Shown piece after piece: positions 25,101-36,352 of a stretch of DNA of 64,000 bases. Positions within the stretch are counted from its first letter, which is position 1; every line of letters starts with the position of its first letter. The translations under genes were made by a program, and so were the position numbers. The DNA is from Squalus acanthias (Eukaryota), in contig CM059432.1 of NCBI GenBank assembly GCA_030390025.1, positions 9,424,001-9,488,000 on the forward strand. The letters run 5' to 3'. The notes below the pieces were generated by a model, which was given only the letters and a program-made list of their open reading frames with translations, ran no database searches and was not told where the DNA came from.

Positions 25101-26676
25101 GCGGGGCGCTACACACAGAGAGCGGGGCGCTACACACAGAGAGAGCGGGGGGGCTACACACACAGAGAGAGCGGGGCGCTACACACAGAGAGCGGGGCGC
25201 TACACACAGAGAGCGGGGGGGCTACACACACAGAGAGAGCGGGGCGCTACACACAGAGAGAGCGGGGCGCTACACACAGAGAGAGCGGGGCGCTACACAC
25301 ACAGAGAGAGCGGGGCGCTACACACAGAGAGAGCGGGGCGCTACACACAGAGAGAGCGGGGCGCTACACACACAGAGAGCGGGGCGCTACACACAGAGAG
25401 AGCGGGGGGGCTACACACACACAGAGAGCGGGGCGCTACACACAGAGAGAGCGGGGGGGCTACACACACAGAGAGAGCGGGGCACTACACACAGAGAGCG
25501 GGGCGCTACACACACAGAGAGAGCGGGGCGCTACACACAGAGAGCGGGGCGCTACACACACAGAGAGAGCGGGGCGCTACACACAGAGAGCGGGGCGCTA
25601 CACACAGAGAGCGGGGCGCTACACACACAGAGAGAGCGGGGCGCTACACACAGAGAGCGGGGCACTACACACAGAGAGAGCGGGGCGCTACACACAGAGA
25701 GCGGGGCGCTACACACAGAGAGAGCGGGGCGCTACACACAGAGAGAGCGGGGCGCTACACACAGAGAGAGCGGGGCGCTACACACAGAGAGCAGGGCACT
25801 AAAAACATAGAAACATAGAAACATAGAATCTAGGAGCAGGGAGAGGGGGCGCTACACACAGAGAGAGCGGGGCGCTACACACAGAGAGAGCGGGGCGCTA
25901 CACACAGAGAGAGCGGGGCGCTACACACAGAGAGAGCGGGGTGCTACACACAGAGAGCGTGAGCGCAACACACAGAGAGAGCGGGGCGCTACACACAGAG
26001 AGAGCGGGGCGCTACACACAGAGAGAGCGGGTGCGCTACACACAGAGAGAGCGGGGCTCAGAGAGCGGGACGCAACACACAGAGAGAGCGGGGACGCAAC
26101 ACACAGAGAGAGCGGGGCGCTACACACAGAGAGAGCGGGGCGCTACACACAGAGAGAGCGGGGCGCTACACACACAGAGAGCGGGGCGCTACACACAGAG
26201 AGAGCGGGGCACTACACACAGAGAGCGGGGCGCTACACACAGAGAGCGGGGCGCTACACAGAGAGAGAGCGGGGCGCTACACACAGAGAGAGCGGGGCGC
26301 TACACACAGAGAGCGGGGCCCTACACACACAGAGAGCGGGGCGCTACACACACAGAGAGCGGGGCGCTACACACAGAGAGCGGGGCGCTACACACAGAGA
26401 GCGGGGCGCTACACACAGAGAGAGCGGGGCGCTACACACAGAGAGAGCGGGGCGCTACACACAGAGAGCGGGGCCCTACACACAGAGAGCGGGGCGCTAC
26501 ACACAGAGAGCGGGGCGCTACACACAGAGAGAGCGGGGCGCTACACACAGAGAGAGCGGGGCGCTACACACAGAGAGCGGGGCGCTACACACAGAGAGCG
26601 GGGCCCTACACACAGAGAGCGGGGCGCTACACACAGAGAGAGCGGGGCGCTACACACAGAGAGAGCGGGGCGCTAC
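19145..26676. repeat. About 7.5-kb compound minisatellite [(CA)n(GA)nGCGGGGCGCTA], mostly 20-24 bp units
   Basis: Visible tandem array, roughly 350 units; interrupted at about 25801-25840 by a tiny CR1 tail. Confidence 0.98.
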
Positions 26677-26846
26677 CCGCAGAGCAATAACCAATTCCAG
26701 GTGCACTCCAATCTGGACTCATCATTCACACTGGCTCCTTCCAGTTCTTAAAGCGGGGGTTCAATCATTCTGCACAACCTCATTCTCAACATTGCTGGCT
26801 CTGAAGGCGACCTCCAAACAACTCAACAGTTACGCCTCTTATCCTC

Positions 26847-28576
26847 ACGGCTGATCCCACTCCCAGGGAGAGAGCTCGCCGTTTCAGCGACCAAGCATTG
26901 GAGGCATTGGCCGCGGCAGTCGTAAGAAGGAGGGCAGTGCTGTTCCCGGCCACTGGCAGGAGGCCATTGCCCCAGGTCTTCAGGGCAATGTGGAGGGAAG
27001 TGGCCCAGGACGTCTTGGCCAGCAGTGTGGTCCTCAGGACCCTCACACAGTGCCGTAAAATATTCAATGTTCTCACTCGGGTGGTCAAGGTGAGTACATG
27101 CGTCAACAAGTCCAACATACCAGCATCTGAACCTCAGTCTGTACACACTGCACAAACCACCACACCCCCACCACTCACCCACCAAGCATCTCCACCTACT
27201 AAAACTCACATCCACATCTCATGTCTTGCCTACAAACACAGCTATTCAACTATGGCAGGCACATCGCCGAAACACACTCACTCACACACTTTCCTTTCTC
27301 TTGCAGGCCAAGCTGAGCCACAATGGGAGGGAGCAGGAATGAACAGGCGGGGCTGAAGCGGACATCCAACAGCTTACAGACCTGGAGAAGCGAGTGCTGA
27401 GAGTCATTGGGCGCCAGGTGGCGGGCGCCATGGCTGTCGGCGACGTCAACGGCCTTGGAGGAAACAACAGTATGTTCAGCCCCTCTCCTTCTCTCATCCC
27501 ACTTCCCCCTCACACCACAAGCCTTTCCCACTTTCCAGCTCCTGATACTGTCCGCATTCCTTGCTCCCTTCATGCCCCCCTGCCCTCACCTTAACGCGAG
27601 TCTTGTGCCTTTATGCTTTCAGGTAATCAGCAACCAGCTGACCAGCCTGTCCCTGAGCCTCCCAGTGAGAGTGAGGCGGGAGAAGAGGAGGAGGAAGAAA
27701 GCACCGCGTCACTGCATGTCTCACCCACAGGCACCACCTCAGATACTGGCACTACGCGATCTTTAGAGGCAAGTTTAGTAGAAGGGTCTGCACTGGGTGA
27801 TGCACTGGGGATGAGTGGGCTGCAGCAAGGCCAGGGGGAAAGGGTAGCTCGGGTGCCAGCACCCCAGAGGGCGAGTTCGCGTGCGAGTTCTGCTACACAG
27901 GACTCAGATGAGGACCTTGATGGGGAGGCGTTCACAAGAAGGGTGATGGCCATGCACACCGAGATGATAGGTGCAATGGCAAGAGTGCCCGAGAGCCTGT
28001 CGGCAATGGTGAGGAGCTGGAGGAGTCCGCCTCCAACATTACACAGAGCTCTGCGCACACCATGGAGCCCATCCTTGGCTCTGCAGAGGATGATGGACTC
28101 CCTGAGAGACCATGGGGACCCAGACCTCATGTAGCGTGTCGTGGAGATGTGGCAGCATCCATTGCAGCACAGGTGGCTGTAATGCAGTCAATGATTGCTG
28201 CAATCGAGTCTCAGACCGCTCTCATGCAGTCTCAGCTTGATGCCACGCAAGCTCTGACTGTTGCCATCATCGCTGGGTCCACCGCAGTCCACTGGGGATC
28301 TTACGGTGTCACAGCAGCCCAGCAATCTGTGCTCCAACAGATTGCTAGGGATGCTGAGGTGCTGCCCTGGGGGAGTGGCAGTGGGTGTCAGTGGAGCAGG
28401 AACCTGCTGTCCTCTCTCAAGACGACAGCATTCCTGATCCCACCACTGCCACTCCGCCATTGCACCTGTTGCTGCCTGTCATCCAGACTGCCGCCGCCGA
28501 TCCTGAGGTGGTGAGTCTACAGCCGGACCTTCCAGGCTCAGAGCTGGTCGAGGGCATCCTGCAAGGCCATCTGTAG
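26847..28576 (+). pseudogene. Harbinger Myb/SANT-like DNA-binding protein, three exons (26847-27089, 27307-27469, 27623-about 28576)
   Basis: RERARRFSDQALEAL...WREVA...RTLTQCRKIFNVL...K|gtgagt; ttgcag|AKLSHNGREQE*TGG...LTDLEKRVL; phase-1 intron gtatgt...tttcag; exon 3 is acidic and frameshifted. Confidence 0.82.
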
Positions 28577-28611
28577 TCTCTGGCACCAACACTCAGCAGC
28601 CTTCCACCCGG

Positions 28612-29421
28612 AAATGTAGTCCCTTCTCTTCTGTAGAGAGCCTTTGTGACCTCTCGGATGCAGCAATGGACGGTGAACTGCGAAATGTTAGCTGTGTCTC
28701 CTGCTGCAGACTGGAAGGATCCGCTGGCGTAGAAATTGAAGGGCGACGGTGACCTTGACGGCCACTGAGAGAGCCGTGGTCGCCCTGATCTGAGGCTGGA
28801 GGTCTGCCTGCAGGAGATGGCAGAGCTCTGTGACCACCTCCTTGCTGAAGCGGAGCCTCCTAACACACTGCTCCTCAGTGAAATTTATGTAGGAGAAGTA
28901 CTCTCGGAATACCCTGAAAGCCCTGTTGACCCTCCTCTCTCTGGCCACATAGAAGCATAGAAGCATAGAAGATAGGAGCAGGAGTAGGCCATTCGGCCCC
29001 TCGAGCCTGCTCCGCCATTTAATGAGATCATGGCTGATCATCCAAACTCAGTACCCTGTCCCTGCTTTCTCCCCATATCCCTTGATCCCTTTAGCCTTAA
29101 GAAATATATCTCACTCCTTCTTGAATATATTTAATGAATTGGCCTCAACTGCCTTCTGTGGTAGAGAATTCCACAGGTTCACCACTCTCTGGGTGAAGAA
29201 ATTCCTCCTCATCTCAGTCCTAAATGGCTTACCCCTTATCCTTAGACTGTGACCTCTGGTTCTGGACTCGCCCGCCATCGGGAACAGCCTTCCTGCATCT
29301 AGTCTGTCTAGTCCTGTTAGAATTTTATAAGTTTCAATGAGTTTTCCAATGCTTCTCTCTGCCTCCGCTGCCTCCGACGTTGACGCTGGAGGGCGAGGTC
29401 GAGCGCCAGTACAGCCCCCGT
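28612..29421 (-). pseudogene. Harbinger transposase N-terminal part (catalytic DDE region deleted), split by a CR1
   Basis: (ACG)GAVLALDLALQRQRRRQRRQREALEN | VARERR...RVFREYFSY...QCVRRLRFSKEVVTELCHLL...ALSVAVKVTVAL / NFYASGSFQSAAGD...ISQFTVHCCIREVTKAL. Confidence 0.85.
28949..29340 (-). mobile_element. CR1 3' fragment inserted in the transposase
   Basis: Near-identical to the reverse complement of 39333-39667. Confidence 0.9.
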
Positions 29422-29810
29422 TAACGTCTCCAAGGGTAGGAATTCGAAATCTTAGCAGAAGGAAAGTGACTAATTTTTAGGGGGCAGAACACTTCTGAAA
29501 GTAAGAAACGTCTAACTCACTGAAAACGGCTGTTTCGCAGTGTGAAACTGAGAAGGCAGCATTGATTGGCAACTAAAATGAAAGCGGACGTCGATCCCTT
29601 TAAATACCGCTCCGACAGCGGCCATCCAACTGCATCGCGCCTCCTCTTCCTGCCGTTGTTCAGGCTCAGCGCTAAGGGAGGGGGCGACAGTCAATTATGC
29701 ATCTGGGCCATTAACGGGGCGTTCCAAACTAATTGGGGCCATGATCTAGCAGCTGCTAAAGGCCTTGGTGCTAACTGTTAGCACCAGCGCTAAATCCCGG
29801 GTGAATTTCG

Positions 29811-30120
29811 CCACCAGACGTCTCAAAGCGCTTTACAACCAATGAAGTACTTTTTTGAAGTGCAGTCACTGTTGTAATGTGGGAAACGTGGCAGCCAATT
29901 TGCGCACAGCAAACTCCCACAAACAGCAATGTGATGATGACCAAATAATCTGTTTTTGTGATGTTGGTTGAGGGATAAATATTGGCCAGGACACCAGGGA
30001 TCACTCCCCTGCTCTTCTTCAAAATAGTGCCATGGGATCTTTTACATCCCCTGAGAGAGCAGACGGGGCCTCGGTTTAACGTCTCATCTGAAAGACGGCT
30101 CCTCTGACAGTGCAGCACTG
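29811..30120 (-). mobile_element. Deu-domain SINE (partial)
   Basis: Reverse complement of the SINE core. Confidence 0.85.
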
Positions 30121-30234
30121 GAGGAGATAATAGCAGAGTGATAATACCAAGTACTCAGCTCCCCTAGTCTTATCCACTCACCCTCCTCGACACAAACTTG
30201 GTGATGCCTGCCAAGCCTCAAGTATATAATGGTA

Positions 30235-31054
30235 GGGCTAGAAATTCATTATCGCCCAGGAATGGGCGGAATCTTTGGAAAAGTTTGAGAATTAGCGCCA
30301 CGCGAGCCCCATTTGGGGCGCTAAATCAGAAAATCAGAAAAGCTGGAAAAGTTAGCGCCAGGCGCTAACCTCTTCCAGCTTTTCTAAAGTTTCCATTTTT
30401 TGCTCTGAGGGAAGCGTAGCGCTGGACCAAGCACGCCACGTCCTTCTTGGAGCGCAAGGGGGGGAATGTCTGCGACCCAGGGTGCACGGCTCAGCAGCGC
30501 CACGCACTGGGGACGGGTGGTGCTGCCGCGTTGCAGGGGCTCGTCCCTGAATTAAAGGGAAGGGCCCCACGCTGTGAACTCTGCAGTTTTTTAAAAACTT
30601 ACCTGGACCGCCGGGGAGAGGGGGTGCCGCGCGATCAGCCCGATACTCAAGCAGAGAGCCGGGCTGACCGATCGCAGCACGGACCCCGCCTCCGGAGCAA
30701 AAAAACAAAAAAATAATTTTTCAAAAAAGCCGACATTTTCACCTTTAAATGGCGCCCCGCTAGCGGCCGGCCGCCTTGCTCACGGTCGCTGCCATCGCCC
30801 GGCGCTGCTGCAGGGGACGAAGGGGAATTTTTGTGCCGAGGCGCTACCGGGGTGATGCGCCCGAAGATGACGTCATGATCTCCGGGCGCAGAAGATCGGG
30901 GGCGCAGGAGATCGGGGCGCAACCTCGTAGCGCCGCCGCTAACCTCCCGCGGAATTTGGCAGGTGGCGAGGTCAGCACCGCGCACGGGCGAAAAGGCCTT
31001 TGCGCCCCCTTAGCGCCCCCCACAGGAGGCGCAAAGGAGGGCAATTTCTCCGCC
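30235..31054. mobile_element. Harbinger-type MITE related to the 18988 element
   Basis: Begins GGGCTAGAAATTC, shares gagaattagcgcca and the TTAGCGCC-A-GGCGCTAA palindrome, ends CAATTTCTCCGCC. Confidence 0.75.
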
Positions 31055-31237
31055 ACAGGGTTTTAATCAATTTTTTTAAGCACTGTACTTCTGCATAACC
31101 GTCTTCCTGTTCTCTTTGTGCCCTCCTCTTCCCCATTCCCATTCTTTCTTCATTTCATTTTAATTTTATCTTTGCTTAACTATTGTAGAGTTGGAGGAAA
31201 ATCAGTCCTGAAGGCTGATACTTCAGTTAACTATTCA

Positions 31238-31493
31238 GAAGAAACTTCTTTTACCCAGGGAGTGGTGAGAATGTGGAACTCGCTACCACAGGGAGTGGTT
31301 GGAGCGAATAGTATCGATGCATTTAAGGGGAGGCTGGACAAGCATATGAGGGAGAAGGGAATAGAGGATTATGCTGATAGATTTAGATGAGGAAAGACGG
31401 GAGGAGGCTCGAGTGGAGCATAAACGCCGGCATGGACTGGTTGGGCCGAATGGCCTATTTCTGTGCCATATATCCTATGTAATCCTACGTAAT
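31238..31493 (+). mobile_element. CR1 3' fragment
   Basis: FTQGVVRMWNSLP...FKGRLDKHM. Confidence 0.85.
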
Positions 31494-32003
31494 AAAGTTC
31501 AGAATTGTAAAGATCGATATTGGCACATTATATACATGACTTAAGCCCCAGTTTGGTGATACCCAGAACACTGGGGCCATCAATGCCAGTGCTACAGGCG
31601 CACTTGTGTTCGTAACTCATGGGTCAGGCTGCACAAAATAAGGCCCACCCTTATTTTGAATAAGTTAATGGCACAGGAAAAGTTTGCCCAGAGAGCTTGG
31701 CTGGGGACTTCAAAATCCAGTCAACCAGCAGCTCTTAAAGGGCCGCAGCTTGCCATTGGAGAGGGGCAGCTGTAGCTGTAGTCGAAAAGCAGATTAATTT
31801 GATCACAAGAGTACAACAGAGAAATGTGGGGAGCGCCGCCACTTCTGATGCTGAAGGGTTGGAGGTTCCGCTGCAGTAAATGTACCAGTGAGGGGAGTGG
31901 AAGGCCAACCTCCATCAGCAGCCACCTCCATGGACACAGGTTGCAGACTGAGTCAATGTAGTCACCCAGCTCTCTTGTACAGGCTTCAAATGACAATGTA
32001 TGT

Positions 32004-32430
32004 GTCAGCCGTGGCTCAGTGGGTAGCACCCTCGCCGCTGAGTCAGAAGGTTGTGGGTTCAAGTCCCACTCCAGGGACTTGAGCACAAATATCTAGGCTG
32101 ACACTCCAATGCAACACTGAGCGAGTGCTGCACTGTTGGAGATGCCGTCTTTCAGATCAGGTGTTAAACTGAGGCCCCATCTGCTCTCTCAGGTGGACGC
32201 AAAAGATCCCATGGCACTATTTTGAAGAAGAGCAGGGGAGTTTTGGCCAATATTTATTCCTCAAACAACACCTAAGAACAGATTATCTGGTCATTATCAC
32301 AGTGGGACCTTGCTGTGTGCAAAGTGGTTGCACGTGTCCTACATTACAACAGTGACTACACACCAAAAAAGTGACTAATTGGCTGTAAAGCGCTTTGGAA
32401 CATCCCGAGGACATGAAAGGTTCTATATTT
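32004..32430 (+). mobile_element. Deu-domain SINE
   Basis: A/B boxes and core as at 8867. Confidence 0.85.
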
Positions 32431-32434
32431 TTTC

Positions 32435-33130
32435 TATTAGTTCCTGGGATGTGGGCGTCGCTGGCAAGGCTAGCATTTATTGCCCATCCCTATTTGCCCT
32501 TGAGAAGGTGGTGGTGAGCCGCCTTCTTGAACCGCAGCAGTCCGTGTGGTGAAGGTACTCCCACAGTGCTGTTAGGTAGGGAGTTCCAGGATTTTGACCC
32601 AGTGACGATGAAGGATCGGCGATATATTTCCAAGTCAGAATGGTGTGTGACTTGGAGGTGGTGGTGTTCCCATGCATCTGCTGCCCTTGTCCTTCTAGGT
32701 GGAAGAGGTCGCGGGTTTGGGAGGTGCTGCCGAAGAAGCCTTGGCGAGTTGCTGCAGTGCATCTTGTAGATGGTACACACTGCAGCCACGGTATGCCGGT
32801 GGTGGAGGGAGTGAATGTTTAAGGTGGTGGATGGGGTGCCAATCAAGCGGGCTGCTTTGTCCTGGATGGTGTTGAGCTTCTTGAGTGTTGTTGGAGCTGC
32901 ACTCATCCAAGCAAGTGGAGAGTATTCCATCACACTCCTTACTTGTGCCTTGTAGATGGTGGAAAGGCTTTGGGGAGTCAGGAGGTGAGACACTCACCAC
33001 AGAATACCCAGCCTCTGACCTGCTCTTGTTGCCACAGTATTTATGTGGCTGGTCCAGTTACGTTTCTGGTCAATGGTGACCCCCCAGGATATTGATGGTG
33101 GGGGATTCGGCGATGGTAATGCCGTTGAAT
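32435..33130 (-). mobile_element. LINE family B 3' fragment
   Basis: ORF 32490-32993, same family as 4645-5285. Confidence 0.88.
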
Positions 33131-33169
33131 GCCATATAAATGCAAGTTCTTTATCTCTTGCTTACATAT

Positions 33170-33812
33170 ACAGGTATGGGGAGCATGGTGAAGGCGAGTG
33201 TGATCCTCACTTTTGCACACCTTTCTTGTGGAGCCTATCAAGCATGGCAGAAACCTCTGCTGAGAACTGTCGCAATTTCGAACGTCGTGCGCCAGCCGTT
33301 TGGCAAACATTCTTTTCATGGTGCCTCAACACACACCTTTGTGGAAGTTTGAAGAAGCAGCCGAGTTAATCCCTGGTCTTTGGGGGTTTCTCAGTGGAGT
33401 CAGCAGCCATGGAGCCAGGGCAGAGCCCTCACTCATAAGAGCCATTCACCCACTATTTATTTCTTCTTCAATCGTGCCGGTACAATGGAACGCTGCACAT
33501 TGAAGGCATCATGGTCATTTTCTGAATAGTGACCACTGACCTCCGATACCACCTGAACCTTTTCTATTTTTTATGAAAGCCATAAAATTGATATGAAGAA
33601 CCTCGGTGCCCACATTTGTGACACTTCTGACTCGGGAAAGCCCTGCCACCCAGTGAAAGCTGTCCAAGCTGATCAATTGGTGTTTCCTTGCCACAGCAAA
33701 AATGATGGCGTGGCCCCTTGCAAACTCCCTGCGACCTGTTTGCACAACAGTCTGCCTGATGCGGAAGATGTCTCTTGCGGTAGCTTGGAGGGATCCAGTG
33801 GAAGGAATGTTT
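33170..33812 (-). pseudogene. Highly decayed Harbinger transposase relic
   Basis: Collinear motifs STGSLQATARD, FHWVAGLSRVRS, NRKG, HDAF, WLL...PWLLTPLRNP, QQRFLPCL and KVCK across several frames. Confidence 0.65.
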
Positions 33813-33814
33813 CA

Positions 33815-35035
33815 TGAGTGGACAGCGCTCTCACCTCTGAGTCAGAAGGTTGTGGGTTCACAGTCCCACTCCAGGGACTTGAGCACAAAATTCATGCTGA
33901 CACTCCCCGTGCAGTGCTGAGGGAGTGCTGCACTGTTGGAGGTGCCGTTCTTTTGGATGAGACATTAAACCAAGGCCCCGTCTGCTCTCTCAGGTGGACG
34001 TAAAAGTTCCCATGGCACTATTTCAAAGAAGAGCAGGGCAGTTCTCCCCCGGTGTCCTGGCCAATAGTTATCCCTCAACCAACATCACTAAAAACAGATT
34101 ATCGCATTACTGTTTGTGGGAGCTTGCTATGTGCAAATTGGCTGCTGCGTTTCATTATATAGGATTACATAGGATATACGGCACAGAATCAGGCCATTCG
34201 GCCCAACCAGTCCATGCCGGCGTTTATGCTCCTCCCGTCTTTCCTCATCTAACTCTATCAGCATAACCCTCTATTCCCTTCTCCCTCATATGCTTGGCCA
34301 GCCTCCCCTTAAATGCATCTATACTATTCGCTTCAGCCACTCCCTGTGGTAGCGAGTTCCACATTCTCACCACTCTTTGGGTAAAGAAGTTTCTTCTGAA
34401 TTCCCTATTGGATTTCTTGGTGACTATCTTATATTGATGGCCTCTAGTTATGCTCTTCCCCACAGGTGGAAACATTCTCTCTGTATCTACTCTATCAAAA
34501 CCTCTCATAATTTTAAAGACCTCTATTAGGTCACCCCTCAGCCTTTTTTCAAGAGAAAAGAGACCCAGCCTGTTCATCCTTTCCTGATATGTATATCCTC
34601 GCATTTCTGGTATCTTCCTTATTAATCTTCTCTGCACCCTCTCCAGTGCCTCTATATCCTTTTTATAATATGGCGACCAGAACTGTGCGCAGTACTCCTG
34701 GTCTCACCAAGGTTCGATACAGGTTTAGCATAACTTCCCTACTTTTCAATTCTATCCCTCTAGAAATAAACCCTAGTGCTTGGTTTGCTTTTTTTATGGC
34801 CTTGCTAACCTGTGTCGCAACTTTTAGTGATTTGTGTATTTGTACTCCTAGATCCCTTTGTTCCTCTACCCCACCTAGACTCGCACCCTCCAAGTGATAA
34901 GTGACCTCCCTATTCATCCTACATTACAACAGTGACTACACTTAAAAAATATATCATTGGCTGCAAAGTGCTTTAGGACGTCCTGAGGTCATAAAAGACG
35001 CTATAGAAATGCAAATCTATCTTTTCCTTCTTTCT
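33815..35035 (+). mobile_element. Deu-domain SINE split by a CR1 fragment (about 34158-34915, minus)
   Basis: SINE core stops at about 34155 and resumes with acattacaacagtgact at about 34920; CR1 ORF2 peptides lie between. Confidence 0.82.
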
Positions 35036-35834
35036 AAGGATGGCGCTATCCCTGATTCAGATGAAACGTACGGGTCAGTATGCAGCAAGATAGCACGATT
35101 CTGGGGCAGCCTGTCTTGTGAAGCAGAGGTGGCCTCAACGGGGGATTTGTTTCATGGGCTGTTGAAGAAGCAAACATGATGGGTCAAATGGCTTCTTCAC
35201 GTTCCACGATTTATTTTGTCCTTATGGCGGCGGAAGTTACAAGGAAACAGAAAATACAACAATAATTTAGCCAGGAGAACAGTGCTAATGTTGAGGTGAA
35301 AGGTGTAGAAAGTTCAGATGGTGCAATGGCACCACTGGCATTGCAGTGGGTCAGCACTACCGCCCGCCGCTTTGGTTTCCCCCATGACCCCATGTCAACT
35401 CCCGTGGACGGGGTCCATAGAATGTTAGGGGCGGGTTCCCACGCCTAGGCAATGCCACACGGCATCCATCCAGCCGAACCATCAGATATTGGAGCAGCGT
35501 CCTTCTCGTGCCACCCAACACCGACAGTCCCAGAATGATTCCTCGGTGGTGGGGCTCATTTATAGCACAGCCCCCCCCCCTGCCTGCTCTCAGTATGGAG
35601 GTGTGTCCCGGCAGGATTTTTGGGAATGCCCTCAGGCACGTGCTGAACTGCAGTTGGGGCGTGGTGGTGGCGGGGGTGGGGGAGTCGGGGGGACAAGTGT
35701 GGGCGGCAAAAGGACTGGAATTTCTACACTATATCATGGTGCTGTAGGAAGCTCCGAGTCTGGTCCAGTCACTGGTCAACACTTTGTGATGACACTGGAT
35801 TGAGAACATCTTATTCTTCGGCAGTGTCATTACT

Positions 35835-36352
35835 TACCTAAGGAAGGGTATACTTGCCATAGAGGAAGTGCAACAAAGGTTCACCAGACTGGTTCCTGGG
35901 ATGGGGGGGCGGGGGGGGAGAGTGTCCTATGAGGAGAGATTGAGTAGACTAGGCCTATATACTCTAGAGTTTAGAAGCATACAACATTCTTACAGGGCTT
36001 GACAGGGTAGATGCAGGGAGGATGTTTCCCCTGGCTGGGGAGTCTAGAACCAGGGGTCACAATCTCAGAATAAGGGGTCAGCCATTTAGGACTGGGATGA
36101 GGAGAAATTTCTTCACTCAGAGGGTGGTGAATCTTTGGAATTCTCTACCCCAGAGGGCTGTGGAGGCTCAGTCGTTGAGTATATTCAAGACAGAGAGCGA
36201 TAGATTTTTGAATATTAAGGGAATCAAGGGATATGGGGATAGTGCAGGAAAGTGGAGTTGATGTAGAAGATCAGCCATGATCTCATTGAATGGCGGAGCA
36301 GGCTCGAGGGGCCAAATGGCCGACTCCGGCTCCAATTTCTTATGTTCTTATG
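35835..36352 (+). mobile_element. CR1 3' fragment
   Basis: MFPLAGESRTRGH...FFTQRVVNLWNSLP; TTCTTATG tail. Confidence 0.88.

Larger units (their letters stand above)
18988..29812. mobile_element. PIF/Harbinger DNA transposon (internally deleted) with Myb/SANT gene, transposase and giant minisatellite
   Basis: Left end GGGCTCGAAATTC, right end GAATTTCGCC; GCGCTAA motifs clustered at both ends; two convergent Harbinger genes inside. No TSD seen because the right end abuts a SINE. Confidence 0.7.

Noticed and set aside
19717..25818. ORFs of 2033, 1969 and 1287 aa in all three plus-strand frames
   Set aside because: The repeat unit has no plus-strand stop codon, and 2-bp length variants cycle the same three peptides. 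There is no ATG start or domain, so this is a by-product of the minisatellite.
19145..26676. CRISPR-like or telomeric array
   Set aside because: No unique spacers, no cas genes, not TTAGGG; vertebrate context.
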